Source of the DNA: Trueperaceae bacterium
Lineage (GTDB): Bacteria; Deinococcota; Deinococci; Deinococcales; Trueperaceae
Direction of reading: 5' to 3'
Length of the DNA stretch: 64,000 nucleotides
NCBI GenBank assembly: GCA_965215565.1
Contig: CBDCDZ010000004.1
Span: 960,001 to 1,024,000 of the forward strand
In this document: positions 26,806 to 37,733 of the stretch, one piece after another
Numbering within the stretch: position 1 is the stretch's first letter
Layout of the letters: the number at the start of each line of letters is the position of its first letter
Made by a program: the position numbers and the translations under genes
The notes under the pieces: model-generated
Told to the model about the DNA's origin: nothing
The model's database searches: none
What the model saw: only the letters and a program-made list of their open reading frames with translations

Positions 26806-28197
26806 TCAGCTATTCGGCACCGGTGACGCGCCCCTTCCAACATCTACCGCCAACCTCTTCCAGCGCCCCGAACGAAAGCGCAGCAAGTAGACGAGCGCGA
26901 GTCCTGCCAGATATACCATCGCCCCCGCCCACGCCCCTCTGACCCCGTAGCCTAGCGGAAACGCCAAAAGGTACGCCAGCGGGATAAACATCCCCCAAGC
27001 GAAAAAGAGGCGCATCAGCATGGTGTAGGTCGTGTCGCCTGCGCCGTTGAGCGAGCCTCCCAAGACGATCGCAGCCGCGTCGAAAATTTGGTAGAGCGCG
27101 ACGAGGCGCAAAATTGCAACGCCTGCCGCGATGACCTGCGGGTCATCGCTAAAGACGCGCATTAAAAAAGTCGGGGCGATGAGGTAGCTAAGCCCGATGA
27201 GGCCCATCAGCCCCATCCCTAAAAAGGTGGCGCGGTAGCCGACGCGCTCGGCTTGCTCCGGTTCCTGTGCGCCCAGATGCTGAGCGACGAGGCTCGAGCT
27301 TGCCTGCGCCACCGCAATCCCCGCCGTAAACGAGAGGCTCATGAACTGTAAGGCGATGTTATTCGCCGCCAACACTTCCGTGCCGAGCCGCCCAATGAGC
27401 GCGAAAAAGGCGGTGAACGACGCGACCTCGACGAAGTCGCCCACGCCCATCGGCAGCCCCGTCGCGAGCACGCGGCGCAGTTGCGGCGAGGATGAGCGGC
27501 GGGCGCGTCTCGTCGCAAAACGCGCGTGCGCCGCTGGACGCCACAAGAGCCACGCGCTCACCAGCGTGACAACCGCGTTCGCTGCGACGGTTGCAACCGC
27601 AGCGCCAGAGACCCCCCAAGCGGGAAAGCCGAGGTTACCTAGGACCAAAAGCCAGTCGAGTGCGATGTTGACCAACACCTGCACCCACGCCAGCAGCATC
27701 GGCGTACGCGAATCGCCGCGTCCGACCAAAAAGCCCCACACCACGCCGTTGAACATCGCTAAAGGAACCTCGAACGCCCGAATCTGCAAGTACTGCGTGC
27801 CGAGCGCCAGCACCGACGCATCGTTGGGAGCCGCGAACTGAAACAAGAAGGTGAAAACCCAAGGCAGCGTCAGGGCTAAAAGCGTGAGGAGCGCGATCAT
27901 ATTGAGCACCTGCCACACCGCCTCGCCGACTTGCGCATCATCCTTCGCGCCGTGCGCCCGTCCGACGAAGACGACGCTGCTCGCCGCCGTCGAGCGAAAG
28001 AGGAGCATGAGCGAGAAAAAGAGCACGCCCGCTAAGCCCACCGCACCCACGGCTTCGGTGCTGACGCGAGAGACGAAGAACGTGTCCGTCACACCTAAGA
28101 GCGTGTAGGAGAGGTTTTGCAAGATCAAAGGCCCCGCGAGCAGCGCAACTTTGTGGGTCAGACCTGTTTGGGTAAAAAAGCGTGAGCGACTGCGCAC
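26806..28197 (-). CDS. MATE-family efflux transporter
   Basis: About 12 TMs; DTFFVSRV, GDSRTP, GVSGAAVAT, GAGDT. Confidence 0.92.
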   Translation of the reverse strand: MRSRSRFFTQTGLTHKVALLAGPLILQNLSYTLLGVTDTFFVSRVSTEAVGAVGLAGVLFFSLMLLFRSTAASSVVFVGRAHGAKDDAQVGEAVWQVLNMIALLTLLALTLPWVFTFLFQFAAPNDASVLALGTQYLQIRAFEVPLAMFNGVVWGFLVGRGDSRTPMLLAWVQVLVNIALDWLLVLGNLGFPAWGVSGAAVATVAANAVVTLVSAWLLWRPAAHARFATRRARRSSSPQLRRVLATGLPMGVGDFVEVASFTAFFALIGRLGTEVLAANNIALQFMSLSFTAGIAVAQASSSLVAQHLGAQEPEQAERVGYRATFLGMGLMGLIGLSYLIAPTFLMRVFSDDPQVIAAGVAILRLVALYQIFDAAAIVLGGSLNGAGDTTYTMLMRLFFAWGMFIPLAYLLAFPLGYGVRGAWAGAMVYLAGLALVYLLRFRSGRWKRLAVDVGRGASPVPNS

Positions 28198-28335
28198 GGT
28201 AGCCTCCAGGAGAGCCAGTGTACACCCCTCTTATCATGCGAATGTCCGTCAAGCGTCAAACGGTCTCGCGCCGCACCTTCCCCCAGCGCTATACACCTAA
28301 GTTTGGCGTTCCAAAAGCTCGAGTCTTACATCTAT

Positions 28336-28446
28336 TAGCAGTTCCAAGACATACTGAGACGGATGAGCGCAGATATCATCTCCGAATGTACGTGCTAAAC
28401 ACCGCTTTGCATAGTGAGAGTGTCTCAAACCAGATGATACCTGCTA
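28336..28446 (-). repeat. TAGCA-family repeat, short 111-bp form
   Basis: Reverse complement of the 32086 element lacking an internal segment of about 22 bp. Confidence 0.85.
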
Positions 28447-28592
28447 TAGGACACGTGTCACAGGGCATGAGTCTCATGCAGTTTCAAAGCGGTTTGCTGG
28501 CGCACTCAACCAAGCAGCTAGCGGTGCCGCATACTGACCTGCTGTTAGATAGCGCTTCGCCGCGCCCCAGGGCGCTGTTGTAGGCTACGCTT

Positions 28593-29573
28593 ATGAACAT
28601 TCTCGTTACGGGCGGCGCAGGGTTTATCGGCAGCGTCACCACCGAATCGCTCATCCAAAGAGGTCACACCGTCACGGTGCTCGACAACTTGGTCACGGGA
28701 CACCGCGCCGCCGTTCACCCCGATGCGGCATTTGTACAAGCGGACATCGCCGACGCGCAAGAGGTCGCGCAGGCGGTCCAAGCGCACGACATCGAGGCGG
28801 TTTTGCACTTTGCGGCGTACTCGCTCGTCGGTGAGTCGATGGCGCAGCCCGCCAAGTATTTTCAGAACAACAGCGCGGGGACCCTCAAGTTGCTCGAGAC
28901 CCTCCTGGCGCAAGGCGTCAAAAAGTTTGTCCTCTCCTCTACTGCCGCGCTCTTCGGCACTCCCGAGCAGCTCCCCATCTCCGAGCACGCCGCCATCCAG
29001 CCGGGCAGCGTCTACGGCGAGTCGAAGTACCTCACCGAACGGATGCTGGCGTGGCTCAACGAGACGCAGGGCTTAGGCTTTATGGCGCTACGCTACTTCA
29101 ACGCGGCGGGCGCGTCCGAAACCTACGGCGAGGACCACCGCCCCGAGAGTCACCTCATCCCCATCACCTTGCAGGTGGCGCAGGGCAAGCGCGACTTCAT
29201 TGGGATTTTCGGCGACGACTACGACACGAGAGACGGCACCTGCGTGCGCGACTACGTCCACGTGCGCGACTTGGCGCAGGCGCATATTTTAGCGCTGGAA
29301 AGCCTCGAGGCGGGCGAAGCGCGGCGCTACAACTTGGGCAACGGTCAGGGCTTTTCGGTGCGAGAGGTTGTAGACGTGTGCCGCGAGGTCTCCGGGCGCG
29401 AGATACCCGAAGAGGTGCAGCCGCGTCGCCCCGGCGACCCAGCAGCGTTAGTCGCAGACTCAAGCCTCATCAAACGCGAGCTTGGCTGGCAGCCGGAGCA
29501 CGAATCCTTGAAAGAGATGGTGGCGTCGGCGTGGGCTTGGTTCGAGGCGCATCCTGACGGGTACGGAAACTGA
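28593..29573 (+). CDS. galE: UDP-glucose 4-epimerase
   Basis: TGGAGFIGS, HFAA, YGESK, LRYFNAAGA, DGTCVRDYVHV. Confidence 0.95.
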   Translation: MNILVTGGAGFIGSVTTESLIQRGHTVTVLDNLVTGHRAAVHPDAAFVQADIADAQEVAQAVQAHDIEAVLHFAAYSLVGESMAQPAKYFQNNSAGTLKLLETLLAQGVKKFVLSSTAALFGTPEQLPISEHAAIQPGSVYGESKYLTERMLAWLNETQGLGFMALRYFNAAGASETYGEDHRPESHLIPITLQVAQGKRDFIGIFGDDYDTRDGTCVRDYVHVRDLAQAHILALESLEAGEARRYNLGNGQGFSVREVVDVCREVSGREIPEEVQPRRPGDPAALVADSSLIKRELGWQPEHESLKEMVASAWAWFEAHPDGYGN

Positions 29574-29677
29574 ACCGTCGACAGCTACGTCTGCCGCGTA
29601 TCTCGACTGCCGCTGAGACATTTATATCGTGTAAGCTTACGGTAACGGCTCTGTACGGAATGACGCGGATGTCAGAG

Positions 29678-29697
29678 CAAGGGGTTTTAACCCCTTG
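29678..29697. repeat. REP-like palindrome
   Basis: CAAGGGGTTTTAACCCCTTG. Confidence 0.75.
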
Positions 29698-29801
29698 TCC
29701 ATCGTAATAGAAGTAGCGTGGGCGGCACCCGACTCGGAACCACTACCTCTTCACAACCTCTTCACAGCGCGTTCAAAGTTGCGCCCGAAACTGCCTACTG
29801 T

Positions 29802-29957
29802 TAGCATTTCCACGACATACTGAGGCAAAGTGTCGCAGATTTCAGCTCGCAGAGCTAACGGAACCTCATCCTATAATGTGCGTGCTAAGCACTATCTCTT
29901 ACGGTTAGAGTGTCTCTGACTAGATGATTACGCGAAGCTTTGCGAAGTAACCTGCTA
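29802..29957 (-). repeat. TAGCA-family repeat, diverged
   Basis: TAGCATTTCCACGACATACTGAG...GAGTGTCTC...AGATGA...ACCTGCTA. Confidence 0.75.
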
Positions 29958-30147
29958 TGTGAAGAAGATGAACGCTTAGCGGCGCGATAATGAAGCGTGA
30001 GTGAGCACACCGTGATGGGCGTTTTCAGGGAGCTATGTTAAGCTACCAGCGATTCACGCGCCCTGCGCGTAGACGTTTTATCATCTCGGTGCGCGCTTTG
30101 TAGGCGTCGCGCCACAAACGACTGATACAAACGATTGAGGAGCAACC

Positions 30148-30753
30148 ATGAAGGTACTGATTCAGATTTTACTGACGAGCGTTCTGAGCGTCGCTTTTGC
30201 GCAGCAAGTCACCGTTAGCGGGCTCGTCCAGACCGAGGGCGAACTGCCCGAAGCGGCGAGAGTCGGCGTGCACGTCATCAGCTTAGAGGGCGTGTGGGGC
30301 GACGAAATCGCCACCGCAACGCCGGACGGCGGCAGCTTCAGCGTCAGCGTAGGTGAAGCGGTCCCGGCGGGCGCACTCACGCCGTTCGAGGGAGGCGTCG
30401 TCCCGCTGCCCGGTTTACAGAGCGAATATAGCGTCGCGCCAGGAGACGTCAACTTCACCCGCGCCCAGACGAACGTCTACCTCGACGAAAATGGCAACGG
30501 CACCTTTGACCGCGATACCGACGTACCCTACTTAGGCGTCGTCAACTTGGAGGAGCCGAGCGGCTTCTTCGTCGTACTTTACGTCGACAAAGACGCGACA
30601 CTTTCGGCGCAGGGGCAGTCTCTAGCGCTATCCCAGGGCTGGAACCTCTTCACGGTGCGCTTTTCAGAGGAGGGCGAGGCGAGCTATGAGATCGTCCCCG
30701 CGGTAGAGGACGTCGTTCTCGACGTGTTCTCGCCCGAGCCGCCTTCAAACTAA
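30148..30753 (+). CDS. Hypothetical secreted protein
   Basis: GAGGAG RBS; signal peptide ending AFA-Q; DENGNG acidic loop; LSQGWN. Confidence 0.75.
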   Translation: MKVLIQILLTSVLSVAFAQQVTVSGLVQTEGELPEAARVGVHVISLEGVWGDEIATATPDGGSFSVSVGEAVPAGALTPFEGGVVPLPGLQSEYSVAPGDVNFTRAQTNVYLDENGNGTFDRDTDVPYLGVVNLEEPSGFFVVLYVDKDATLSAQGQSLALSQGWNLFTVRFSEEGEASYEIVPAVEDVVLDVFSPEPPSN

Positions 30754-30854
30754 GCGCACTACACGCCATCACTGCACCGTCGCTATAACAAAAGGTGGAC
30801 TTCGCGTCCACCTCTTCGTTTTGCGTTACTGATGTGGCAAAATCCTAGTATAGC

Positions 30855-31283
30855 TCAAGGTGCGGGCCAAAGCTCACGGACGCGCTCGTTGAGCATATCC
30901 CGCGTCTTATCAGCTTGACCCTTGCTCACGAACTTGTTGACCGTACTGAAAACCGCGACTGCGAGCTTCTCCAAATCAACCTCTTTGTTGTGGTACATCT
31001 GCGCGATGCGCTCTAAAAAATCGTCTTTCGTGCGGTCTTTGATAGGCGTTTGGCTCGGCACGTAGCCCTCGTAGTAGAAGCCGCGTACGAGCATCGGCAG
31101 TTGCGCGCCAAACTCAGCAGCGACGTCCGTTGGGATGCGGTCGCGTAGCGCGTGTAAAGTAGCGCGTAAGCCGGAGTAGGCGAGCTGCGAGTCGCCGTGC
31201 CCTAGCTCTTCGGTGACGGTGTTGAGCCATTGATTCGTCTCTTGAACGGTGTTGTCGAAAACATCTAAACCGGTGGTGCTCAT
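30855..31283 (-). CDS. DUF2267 domain protein
   Basis: GLDVFDNTVQETNQWL, LHALRDR, AQLPMLVRGFYYEG. Confidence 0.85.
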   Translation of the reverse strand: MSTTGLDVFDNTVQETNQWLNTVTEELGHGDSQLAYSGLRATLHALRDRIPTDVAAEFGAQLPMLVRGFYYEGYVPSQTPIKDRTKDDFLERIAQMYHNKEVDLEKLAVAVFSTVNKFVSKGQADKTRDMLNERVRELWPAP

Positions 31284-31493
31284 CGTGACCCCCTCGAGTC
31301 TAAAGGTAAGGTTTCGCCCGATATTCGGGCGTCTTTACCCTTTGTAACAGATAGCGCGAGCGGGGCAACGTAAGCGGGCACGCCGTCTTCGGCAGATTAC
31401 AAGGCGCTTAGAAAGCGCACGCGGCGTCCACGGGGGCTTGTAGTCTCTCCGCTTCTTCTGTATACTTTAGAACGCTGCATATGCAGCGCGCGT

Positions 31494-31570
<77 letters not shown>

Positions 31571-31694
31571 TGAGGGTCTTAACAGATAGCTTTGTAAAGA
31601 CTCGAGGTAGAGTAACACAGGACGCTAAACCAGTTAGATGAGTGGCTGGTTGTTCACCGAGTGATAGCGTTCGTTGCCAGATGATACCTGCCTT

Positions 31695-31771
<77 letters not shown>

Positions 31772-31963
31772 TTATTATCCCTAGTTCGTTGACCTTTCTA
31801 GCATTCATTTAAGTCAAATGCGGTGAATAGTTATAGCGTCCATTGATTGATGATTGTGCGAAGCTTACGAAGTAACCAATCTCAAAAACAGGTATTATTC
31901 TTTGTGGATGATACCTTTTCTGCGAAAAACAGGTATTATTTGTTGACTGATGATACCGCCCGT

Positions 31964-32037
31964 GCACCAGTAGCTCAGCTGGATAGAGCAGTCGCCTTCT
32001 AAGCGATAGGTCGAGGGTTCGAGTCCTTCCTGGTGCG
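31964..32037 (+). tRNA. tRNA-Arg(TCT), CCA not encoded
   Basis: GCACCAG/CTGGTGC acceptor stem, CT-TCT-AA loop, GGTTCGAGTCC. Confidence 0.96.
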
Positions 32038-32048
32038 TTTCATAGAGA

Positions 32049-32086
32049 ATGACCTCTTCACCTTGCGAAGAGGTCATCTTTGTTTT
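32049..32086 (+). terminator. Terminator after tRNA-Arg
   Basis: ATGACCTCTTC / GAAGAGGTCAT then CTTTGTTTT. Confidence 0.75.
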
Positions 32087-32218
32087 AGCAGGTATCATCT
32101 GGTTTGAGTGTACGTAAGTTTTGCGAAGCAACACTCTCACTATGCAAAGCAGTGTCTAGCGCGCACATTCGATGATGATACCTGCGCTTATCCGTCTCAG
32201 TATGTCTTGGAACTGCTA
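32086..32218 (+). repeat. TAGCA-family repeat, 133 bp
   Basis: One visible mismatch to 33243-33375; ends TAGCAG / CTGCTA. Confidence 0.92.
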
Positions 32219-32537
32219 TTTCATTTAGAAAGCTTCCCCCTCGCGCCTGAACAGTGCGCTCGGCTGGAACTCGAGCTTGACATAGGGGCGTCGTGGCAGG
32301 GTACGTTTTGTACGTTCCGCCGTAACTACGGCGCATTGAGAAATTCTTCATGGAAGCGAGCCGGCGTGAGCGCTGTAAGACTTTTGTGACAGCCCGTCCT
32401 CTAAAGTACAGTCAGGCAGGGCAATACCGTGAACCAACCTGCATTACGTCGTGCATCACCACCTACGCCCTGCCTCTCACCAAACCCCCTCGTCCTCCTC
32501 TCCGAGGGGGTTTTTCATGGCCTCAATCATTCCGCTG

Positions 32538-33113
32538 CTACTGACTTCGTCCCTGCTGAGGCTGCCGCCGCAACCGCGCCACGCGCCGCGCCGCGAAGAT
32601 GACAAACGCGATAAGCCCGGCGACGGCGATGAGAGGCAGTGCAAAGGCTAAGAGGGAGAAAAAGACGGCGAGGACGTTCTCTATGGTGGAGAAGACCGGG
32701 TTGCCGACGCCCCCCGTCGTCGTCGTCGAAGCGAGCCGCGTCACGCTCGTGAGCGCCTGAACGCCGCCTGCCGCCCCACCGCCCAAAATACCCGCCATTG
32801 TCCAGCGCAAGACCGGATCGAGTTCGGGTACGAACGAGCTTGTAATGAGCGTGCCTGCGACGACAGCGGCGGGCGCAGCGATAGTGTCGAGTAAGTTGTC
32901 CACCCAGGGAACGTAAAAGCCCGCAACTTCGGCGAGCGTGGCTGCGCCCAAAGCGGCGAAGGCGGCGTTCGTTTCCATCCAGTCAGCGCTGGGGGGCAAG
33001 TCCACGCCGCCAAAAATCGCGCTGGCGCTCATAACGAAAGGCGGGATAAAGACGCGGAAGCCGCACGCGGCGCTGAGCGCGACCCCCAAGCAGATAGCGA
33101 GTAACGTGTCCAC
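32538..33113 (-). CDS. DUF4126 membrane protein
   Basis: LSAACGFRVFIP, YVPWVDNLLD, TTGGVGNP..STIE. Confidence 0.85.
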   Translation of the reverse strand: MDTLLAICLGVALSAACGFRVFIPPFVMSASAIFGGVDLPPSADWMETNAAFAALGAATLAEVAGFYVPWVDNLLDTIAAPAAVVAGTLITSSFVPELDPVLRWTMAGILGGGAAGGVQALTSVTRLASTTTTGGVGNPVFSTIENVLAVFFSLLAFALPLIAVAGLIAFVIFAARRVARLRRQPQQGRSQ

Positions 33114-33242
33114 CTCTCAATTTTAACTCTTTTTGAGTAGAACAGAAATATACGTGACGAGTAGAGCGACTTATGTTTGGCTCGAGCGCCCTCTAGCCGC
33201 AGGCGCTCGAGCCGCAGTTTTACCAGTCTAGGTCTGTACATT

Positions 33243-33375
33243 TAGCAGGTATCATCTGGTTTGAGTGTACGTAAGTTTTGCGAAGCAACACTCTCACTAT
33301 GCAAAGCAGTGTCTAGCACGCACATTCGATGATGATACCTGCGCTTATCCGTCTCAGTATGTCTTGGAACTGCTA
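33243..33375 (+). repeat. TAGCA-family repeat, 133 bp
   Basis: Near-identical direct copy of 32086-32218. Confidence 0.92.
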
Positions 33376-33466
33376 ATTGAGGTTTTTAGTGACCTACCCA
33401 AACGACCAGTCCAGCCCTAGCTGTTCGGCGGATGCGGAAGCTAAAGGCAATCCTTAAACTGAAAGC

Positions 33467-34342
33467 GTGAACTTATCAGACCTATCCGAATCTTTAGCCG
33501 ATACCTTGGAAACCTTTTCCCCCTCACTCGTCGGCGTCGAAGCGCGGCGTAGATACGGCGTGAGCGGCGTTGTGTGGACGGATGACATGGTTGTCACCAC
33601 GCATCACACGACCGAGCGCGACGAGGACATCACCGTCAGAACGCACGGCGGCGAAACGCATTCGGCAACGCTTGTCGGACGCGACCCTACGACCGACCTC
33701 GCCTTGCTGCGCGTCGAAGGGGGCAACCTTGGCGCTCCGACTTGGAGTAGTGGCAACGTGCGCGTCGGACAACTCGTTTTTATGGCAGGGCGGCGCAGCG
33801 AAAACGTGCGGGCAAGCTTGGGCATCGTGAGCGCGTTAGGCGAGGGTTGGCATACGCGCTCGGGTGGACATATCGCAAAGGACCTCCGCACCGACGCCCA
33901 ACCCTTCAGAGGCTTTTCCGGCGGACCGCTTGTGAGCGCGTCAGGAGAGGTTTTAGGCGTGAACACGTCGGCGCTCTCGAGGCAAGGGAGCACCACCATC
34001 CCCACCAAAACGGTTGAACGAGTCGCCCAAACCCTCCTAGAACACGGCAGGATGCGCCGCCCCTACTTGGGCGTCGGCGTGCAGCCTGTGAGACTGCCAG
34101 AAGCGTATAAAGAACAAAAAACGGGACTGCTTCTCACCTCCGTCGCACCGGAAAGCTCAGGTGCTAAGGCAGGGCTCGTATTGGGGGATACGCTGCTCGA
34201 GCTTGCTGGAACACCATTACGCCACTTCGACGACCTTCAAGCCGCCTTGCACGAAGACTTGATCAACCAAGAGGTCACGTTCAAAGTGCTGCGCGGTGGT
34301 GAAGTGAGAGAGGTCAACGTCACCCTGAGTGAACGTTCGTAA
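33467..34342 (+). CDS. S1C (HtrA-like) serine protease with PDZ domain
   Basis: TTHH, DPTTDLALL, GFSGGPL, RPYLGV followed by PDZ. Confidence 0.9.
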   Translation: MNLSDLSESLADTLETFSPSLVGVEARRRYGVSGVVWTDDMVVTTHHTTERDEDITVRTHGGETHSATLVGRDPTTDLALLRVEGGNLGAPTWSSGNVRVGQLVFMAGRRSENVRASLGIVSALGEGWHTRSGGHIAKDLRTDAQPFRGFSGGPLVSASGEVLGVNTSALSRQGSTTIPTKTVERVAQTLLEHGRMRRPYLGVGVQPVRLPEAYKEQKTGLLLTSVAPESSGAKAGLVLGDTLLELAGTPLRHFDDLQAALHEDLINQEVTFKVLRGGEVREVNVTLSERS

Positions 34343-34456
34343 GAGCAGGGCGCATAAGATGAGGAGAAGGAGTTACAAAATAAATATAAATATGCTTAGA
34401 ACTTATAGAATCTATCAGACACGAGGTCAGCGCTGAGGGCGGCGTTAGCGGGAGGG

Positions 34457-36274
34457 TTGGGGTCCTGGCGCGTCATGCGCCGCGACCTCGCAGAGACCTC
34501 ACAACTCGTCTGGCAAGCAAGCCCTCTACAAACCTCGCTACTCGCCGTGTTCGGCTTGCTCGCCGCCGCCATCACTCCGGCGAGCTTGTGGGTCACGAAG
34601 CTGCTCGTGGACGCCATTGCCAGAGCAATCAATGGTGACGGCGCGTTCAGCGAGTTGGTCAACCTCTTGATCCTCCAAGTCGCTATCGGCGCGGCGGGCG
34701 CGATCCTTACGGCGGGGCAGAGCGCGGTGCGTGACCTCTTGGGTGACGCGCTGCAAAACCGCATCAGCAAGCGGATTTTGGAAAAAGCGGCGGGCTTAGA
34801 GGTTGCCCAGTTCGAAGACCCAGCGACTTACGACGCTCTGCGCAATGCTTACCGAGAGGTCGGCACGCGGCCCTTGGGCGTGGTGACGCAGCTTCTCGGG
34901 CTCGCGCAAGCGGTTCTCACCCTCTCTGCCATCGGCGCACTCTTAGCCAACTTAGGCGCAGATGTCGTACCGCTCATTCTCCTAGCGACGATTCCCACCG
35001 TCTGGGTTTCGAACCGCTTCGGGCGGCAGAGCTACCGGATGATTCGGCGGCAGGCGGCGGACTCACGGATTCAGAACTACCTGGGAAGTTTGCTGACCTC
35101 AGATACCTTAGTCAAAGAGGTGCGGCTCTTCGGCTTTGAACATTACCTCTTGTCGGGCTGGCAGCACTACTACGAGAAGTTTAGAGCGCAGCTCGTTTCG
35201 CTGGTGCTGCGGCGTAGTGGGTGGGGGCTCGGGGCATCGCTGCTCTCGTCGGGCTTGGTTGCACTCGCAACGCTCTCAGTCTTACGGCGAGCGGCAGCGG
35301 GGCTCATCACGATTGGCGACTTCACGCTGTTTGCGCAAGGCATCGTGCAGGTGCAAGCGCAGTTCTCACAGCTCCTCTCAGGCTTCTCGGGGATTTACCA
35401 GAACCTCTTGTACATGCGCAACCTCTTCGAGTTTTTAGAGCTTCCCGCGCAAGACCCGGATGAAGGCGAAGAGTGGGTAGGGAAGATTGACACGCTCGAG
35501 TTCCAAAACGTCAGCTTCCGCTATCCGCTGACTGAGCGCGACGTGCTCAAAGATGTCTCGTTCACCTTGCGGCGCGGTCAGAGCGTCGCGTTAGTTGGTG
35601 AGAACGGGGCAGGCAAGACGACGCTGATTAAGCTCATGACGCGGCTTTACGAGCCGACCTCGGGGCGGATTTTGCTCAATGGGCTGGACTCGAGCCGCTT
35701 TAGCCCCCGCAGCATCCAGCGGGAGATGAGCAGCGTCTTTCAGGACTTCGGGCAGTACCAGATGAGTGCGAAGGAGAACATCGCGCTGAGCCGCACGGAC
35801 GCGCTGGACGACGAGGCGGCGATTCGTGGGGCGGGCGAGCGCTCTGGGGCGGAAGAGGTCATCAAAACGCTCCCCGAAGGCTACGACACCATGCTCGGGC
35901 GACTCTTCGAGGGCGGCGTCGGTCTCTCCGGCGGACAGTGGCAGCGCCTCGCCTTGGGGCGGCTCTACTTTCGCGGTGGCTCTGTTCTCATCTTCGACGA
36001 GCCGACCTCGGCGCTGGACGCGCGGGCGGAGTTTGAGACAATTGAGGCGCTCAGAAAACAAGCTGTCGGACGTTTAACCATCATCATCTCGCACCGCTTC
36101 AGCACGGTACGTCTGGCGGATAAGATCATCGTCTTGGAGGAGGGTGTCATCTCGGAGACGGGTTCGCATGAGGAGTTGTTGGCGCAAAACGGCACGTACG
36201 CGACGCTCTTCAAATTGCAGGCGAGTGGGTATGTAGATTTAGTGGATAATGAGGTCATGGAGGTACGAAAATGA
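34457..36274 (+). CDS. ABC exporter, fused permease/ATPase
   Basis: GENGAGKTT, LSGGQWQR, FDEPTS, SHRFST; start codon uncertain. Confidence 0.92.
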   Translation: MGSWRVMRRDLAETSQLVWQASPLQTSLLAVFGLLAAAITPASLWVTKLLVDAIARAINGDGAFSELVNLLILQVAIGAAGAILTAGQSAVRDLLGDALQNRISKRILEKAAGLEVAQFEDPATYDALRNAYREVGTRPLGVVTQLLGLAQAVLTLSAIGALLANLGADVVPLILLATIPTVWVSNRFGRQSYRMIRRQAADSRIQNYLGSLLTSDTLVKEVRLFGFEHYLLSGWQHYYEKFRAQLVSLVLRRSGWGLGASLLSSGLVALATLSVLRRAAAGLITIGDFTLFAQGIVQVQAQFSQLLSGFSGIYQNLLYMRNLFEFLELPAQDPDEGEEWVGKIDTLEFQNVSFRYPLTERDVLKDVSFTLRRGQSVALVGENGAGKTTLIKLMTRLYEPTSGRILLNGLDSSRFSPRSIQREMSSVFQDFGQYQMSAKENIALSRTDALDDEAAIRGAGERSGAEEVIKTLPEGYDTMLGRLFEGGVGLSGGQWQRLALGRLYFRGGSVLIFDEPTSALDARAEFETIEALRKQAVGRLTIIISHRFSTVRLADKIIVLEEGVISETGSHEELLAQNGTYATLFKLQASGYVDLVDNEVMEVRK

Positions 36275-36735
36275 GCGCAGCAGATGAAGTGAAAGAGATT
36301 GTCGGGTCATGGGACGGGGTGAGCGTCGAGGCGCACCGCTTCGGCGGCTTGGAGTATCAACTGTCAGGCATTGAACTTGGACATCTACACGGGAGCCGCT
36401 TGCTCGACGTACCCTTTACCAAAAAGGTGCGCGACCTCTTGATTGAGCAAGATTTAGCGGCGGAGCATCATATCCTCAAAGATTCAGGTTGGATTTCTTT
36501 TTACCTCAAGAAACCGGAGGACACGGCGCACGCGCTCTGGCTGCTCAACGTGTCCTACCTCTACCGCGCTGTGACGCTCATCGGCAAGAAAAATAAGGAC
36601 GCGCCGCTGTCACTCGAAGAGGTTGAGCGAGAGGTCAAGGGGCTCGACTTAACGCCCGACTTAGCTGAGCTTTTCGCAGATTTGCTAGAGCGCCGCAAAG
36701 CGAACGCGAGCAGGGCTGACGCCGCAAAATCGTAG
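36271..36735 (+). CDS. Luciferase-like/DUF5519 family protein
   Basis: HRFGG.E...ELGHLHG..LLDVPF...HHIL.DSGW. Confidence 0.75.
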   Translation: MSAADEVKEIVGSWDGVSVEAHRFGGLEYQLSGIELGHLHGSRLLDVPFTKKVRDLLIEQDLAAEHHILKDSGWISFYLKKPEDTAHALWLLNVSYLYRAVTLIGKKNKDAPLSLEEVEREVKGLDLTPDLAELFADLLERRKANASRADAAKS

Positions 36736-36795
36736 CTGCGTATCTCAAAAAAGCTACGTTGAAGAGATGCTAAAATAGACGCACCAGAGGTGATT

Positions 36796-37402
36796 ATGAC
36801 TATCAAATCCGTGTCCTCCAAAAGCGAATATCCCTACGTTGTCATGCGTCTTGACTCGGTGCTCACACTCGACGCCGACACCTTCTTCGACCTCGCCCAA
36901 GCCAACAGAGACCTCCGCATGGAACTCAGCGCCGAAGGAGACCTTATCGTCATGCCGCCTGCTGGAGGAAATACAGGAAACCGCAACGCGAAACTCACCG
37001 CTCGATTCGTCGTTTGGAACGAGCAACATGGACCGGGGTGACGTGTTCGACTCCTCTACAGGCTTCCGTTTGCCCAATAGCGCAGTGCGTTCACCCGATG
37101 TGTCGTGGGTGAGCCGCGAGCGGCTAGCAGACCTCACCCAAGCACAGATGGACAAGTTCCCCCCCTTGTGTCCCGAGTTTGTCTTGGAGCTTCGTTCGCC
37201 AACCGACCGTCTCAACGTTGCGAAGGAAAAGATGCAAGAGTACATAGAGAACGGCGCGGAACTAGGCTGGCTCATCGACCCACAAGAGAAAAAGGTCTAT
37301 ATATACACCGCTGATGGGGTAGAAGAACTCGAGCACCCTCAAGAGGTTGCAGGAACTGGCGTGTTGGAGGGGTTTGTGCTCGAGCTTAGTGATATCTGGT
37401 AA
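36796..37402 (+). pseudogene. Uma2 (DUF820) family endonuclease with a frameshift
   Basis: N-half ...GDLIVMPP.G stops at 37041; C-half FDSSTGFRLP..RSPDVSW..PEFVLELRSP is in another frame; extra G in GGGG 37035-37038. Confidence 0.85.
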
Positions 37403-37733
37403 ACGTAGAAATGCTCGAGCGTCAAAGCTGACACCTCCGTAGGGTCTAAGGACGACGCGCTACACGCCAACTTCAACCACCCGATAGGTGTTGCAAATAC
37501 GTCCATAGGTTTTTGAAAGACAGGTCAACCCTGCAACGTAAGCTAAGTGACGTCGCCAACGCAGGTGTACGCGCTAAAAAGGTAGAGAAAACACTTTTCT
37601 TCGACCCAGGACCTCTATCTTTAACCCTTCTTACGCGCCGTAACCTCTCAACTTGTAGAAAGTGGCCCCTTATGAAGACATCTGTAACGGTGAAGTTTAG
37701 CCTTGAGCCTCTCCACATTCAAGCTAAGGCGCG

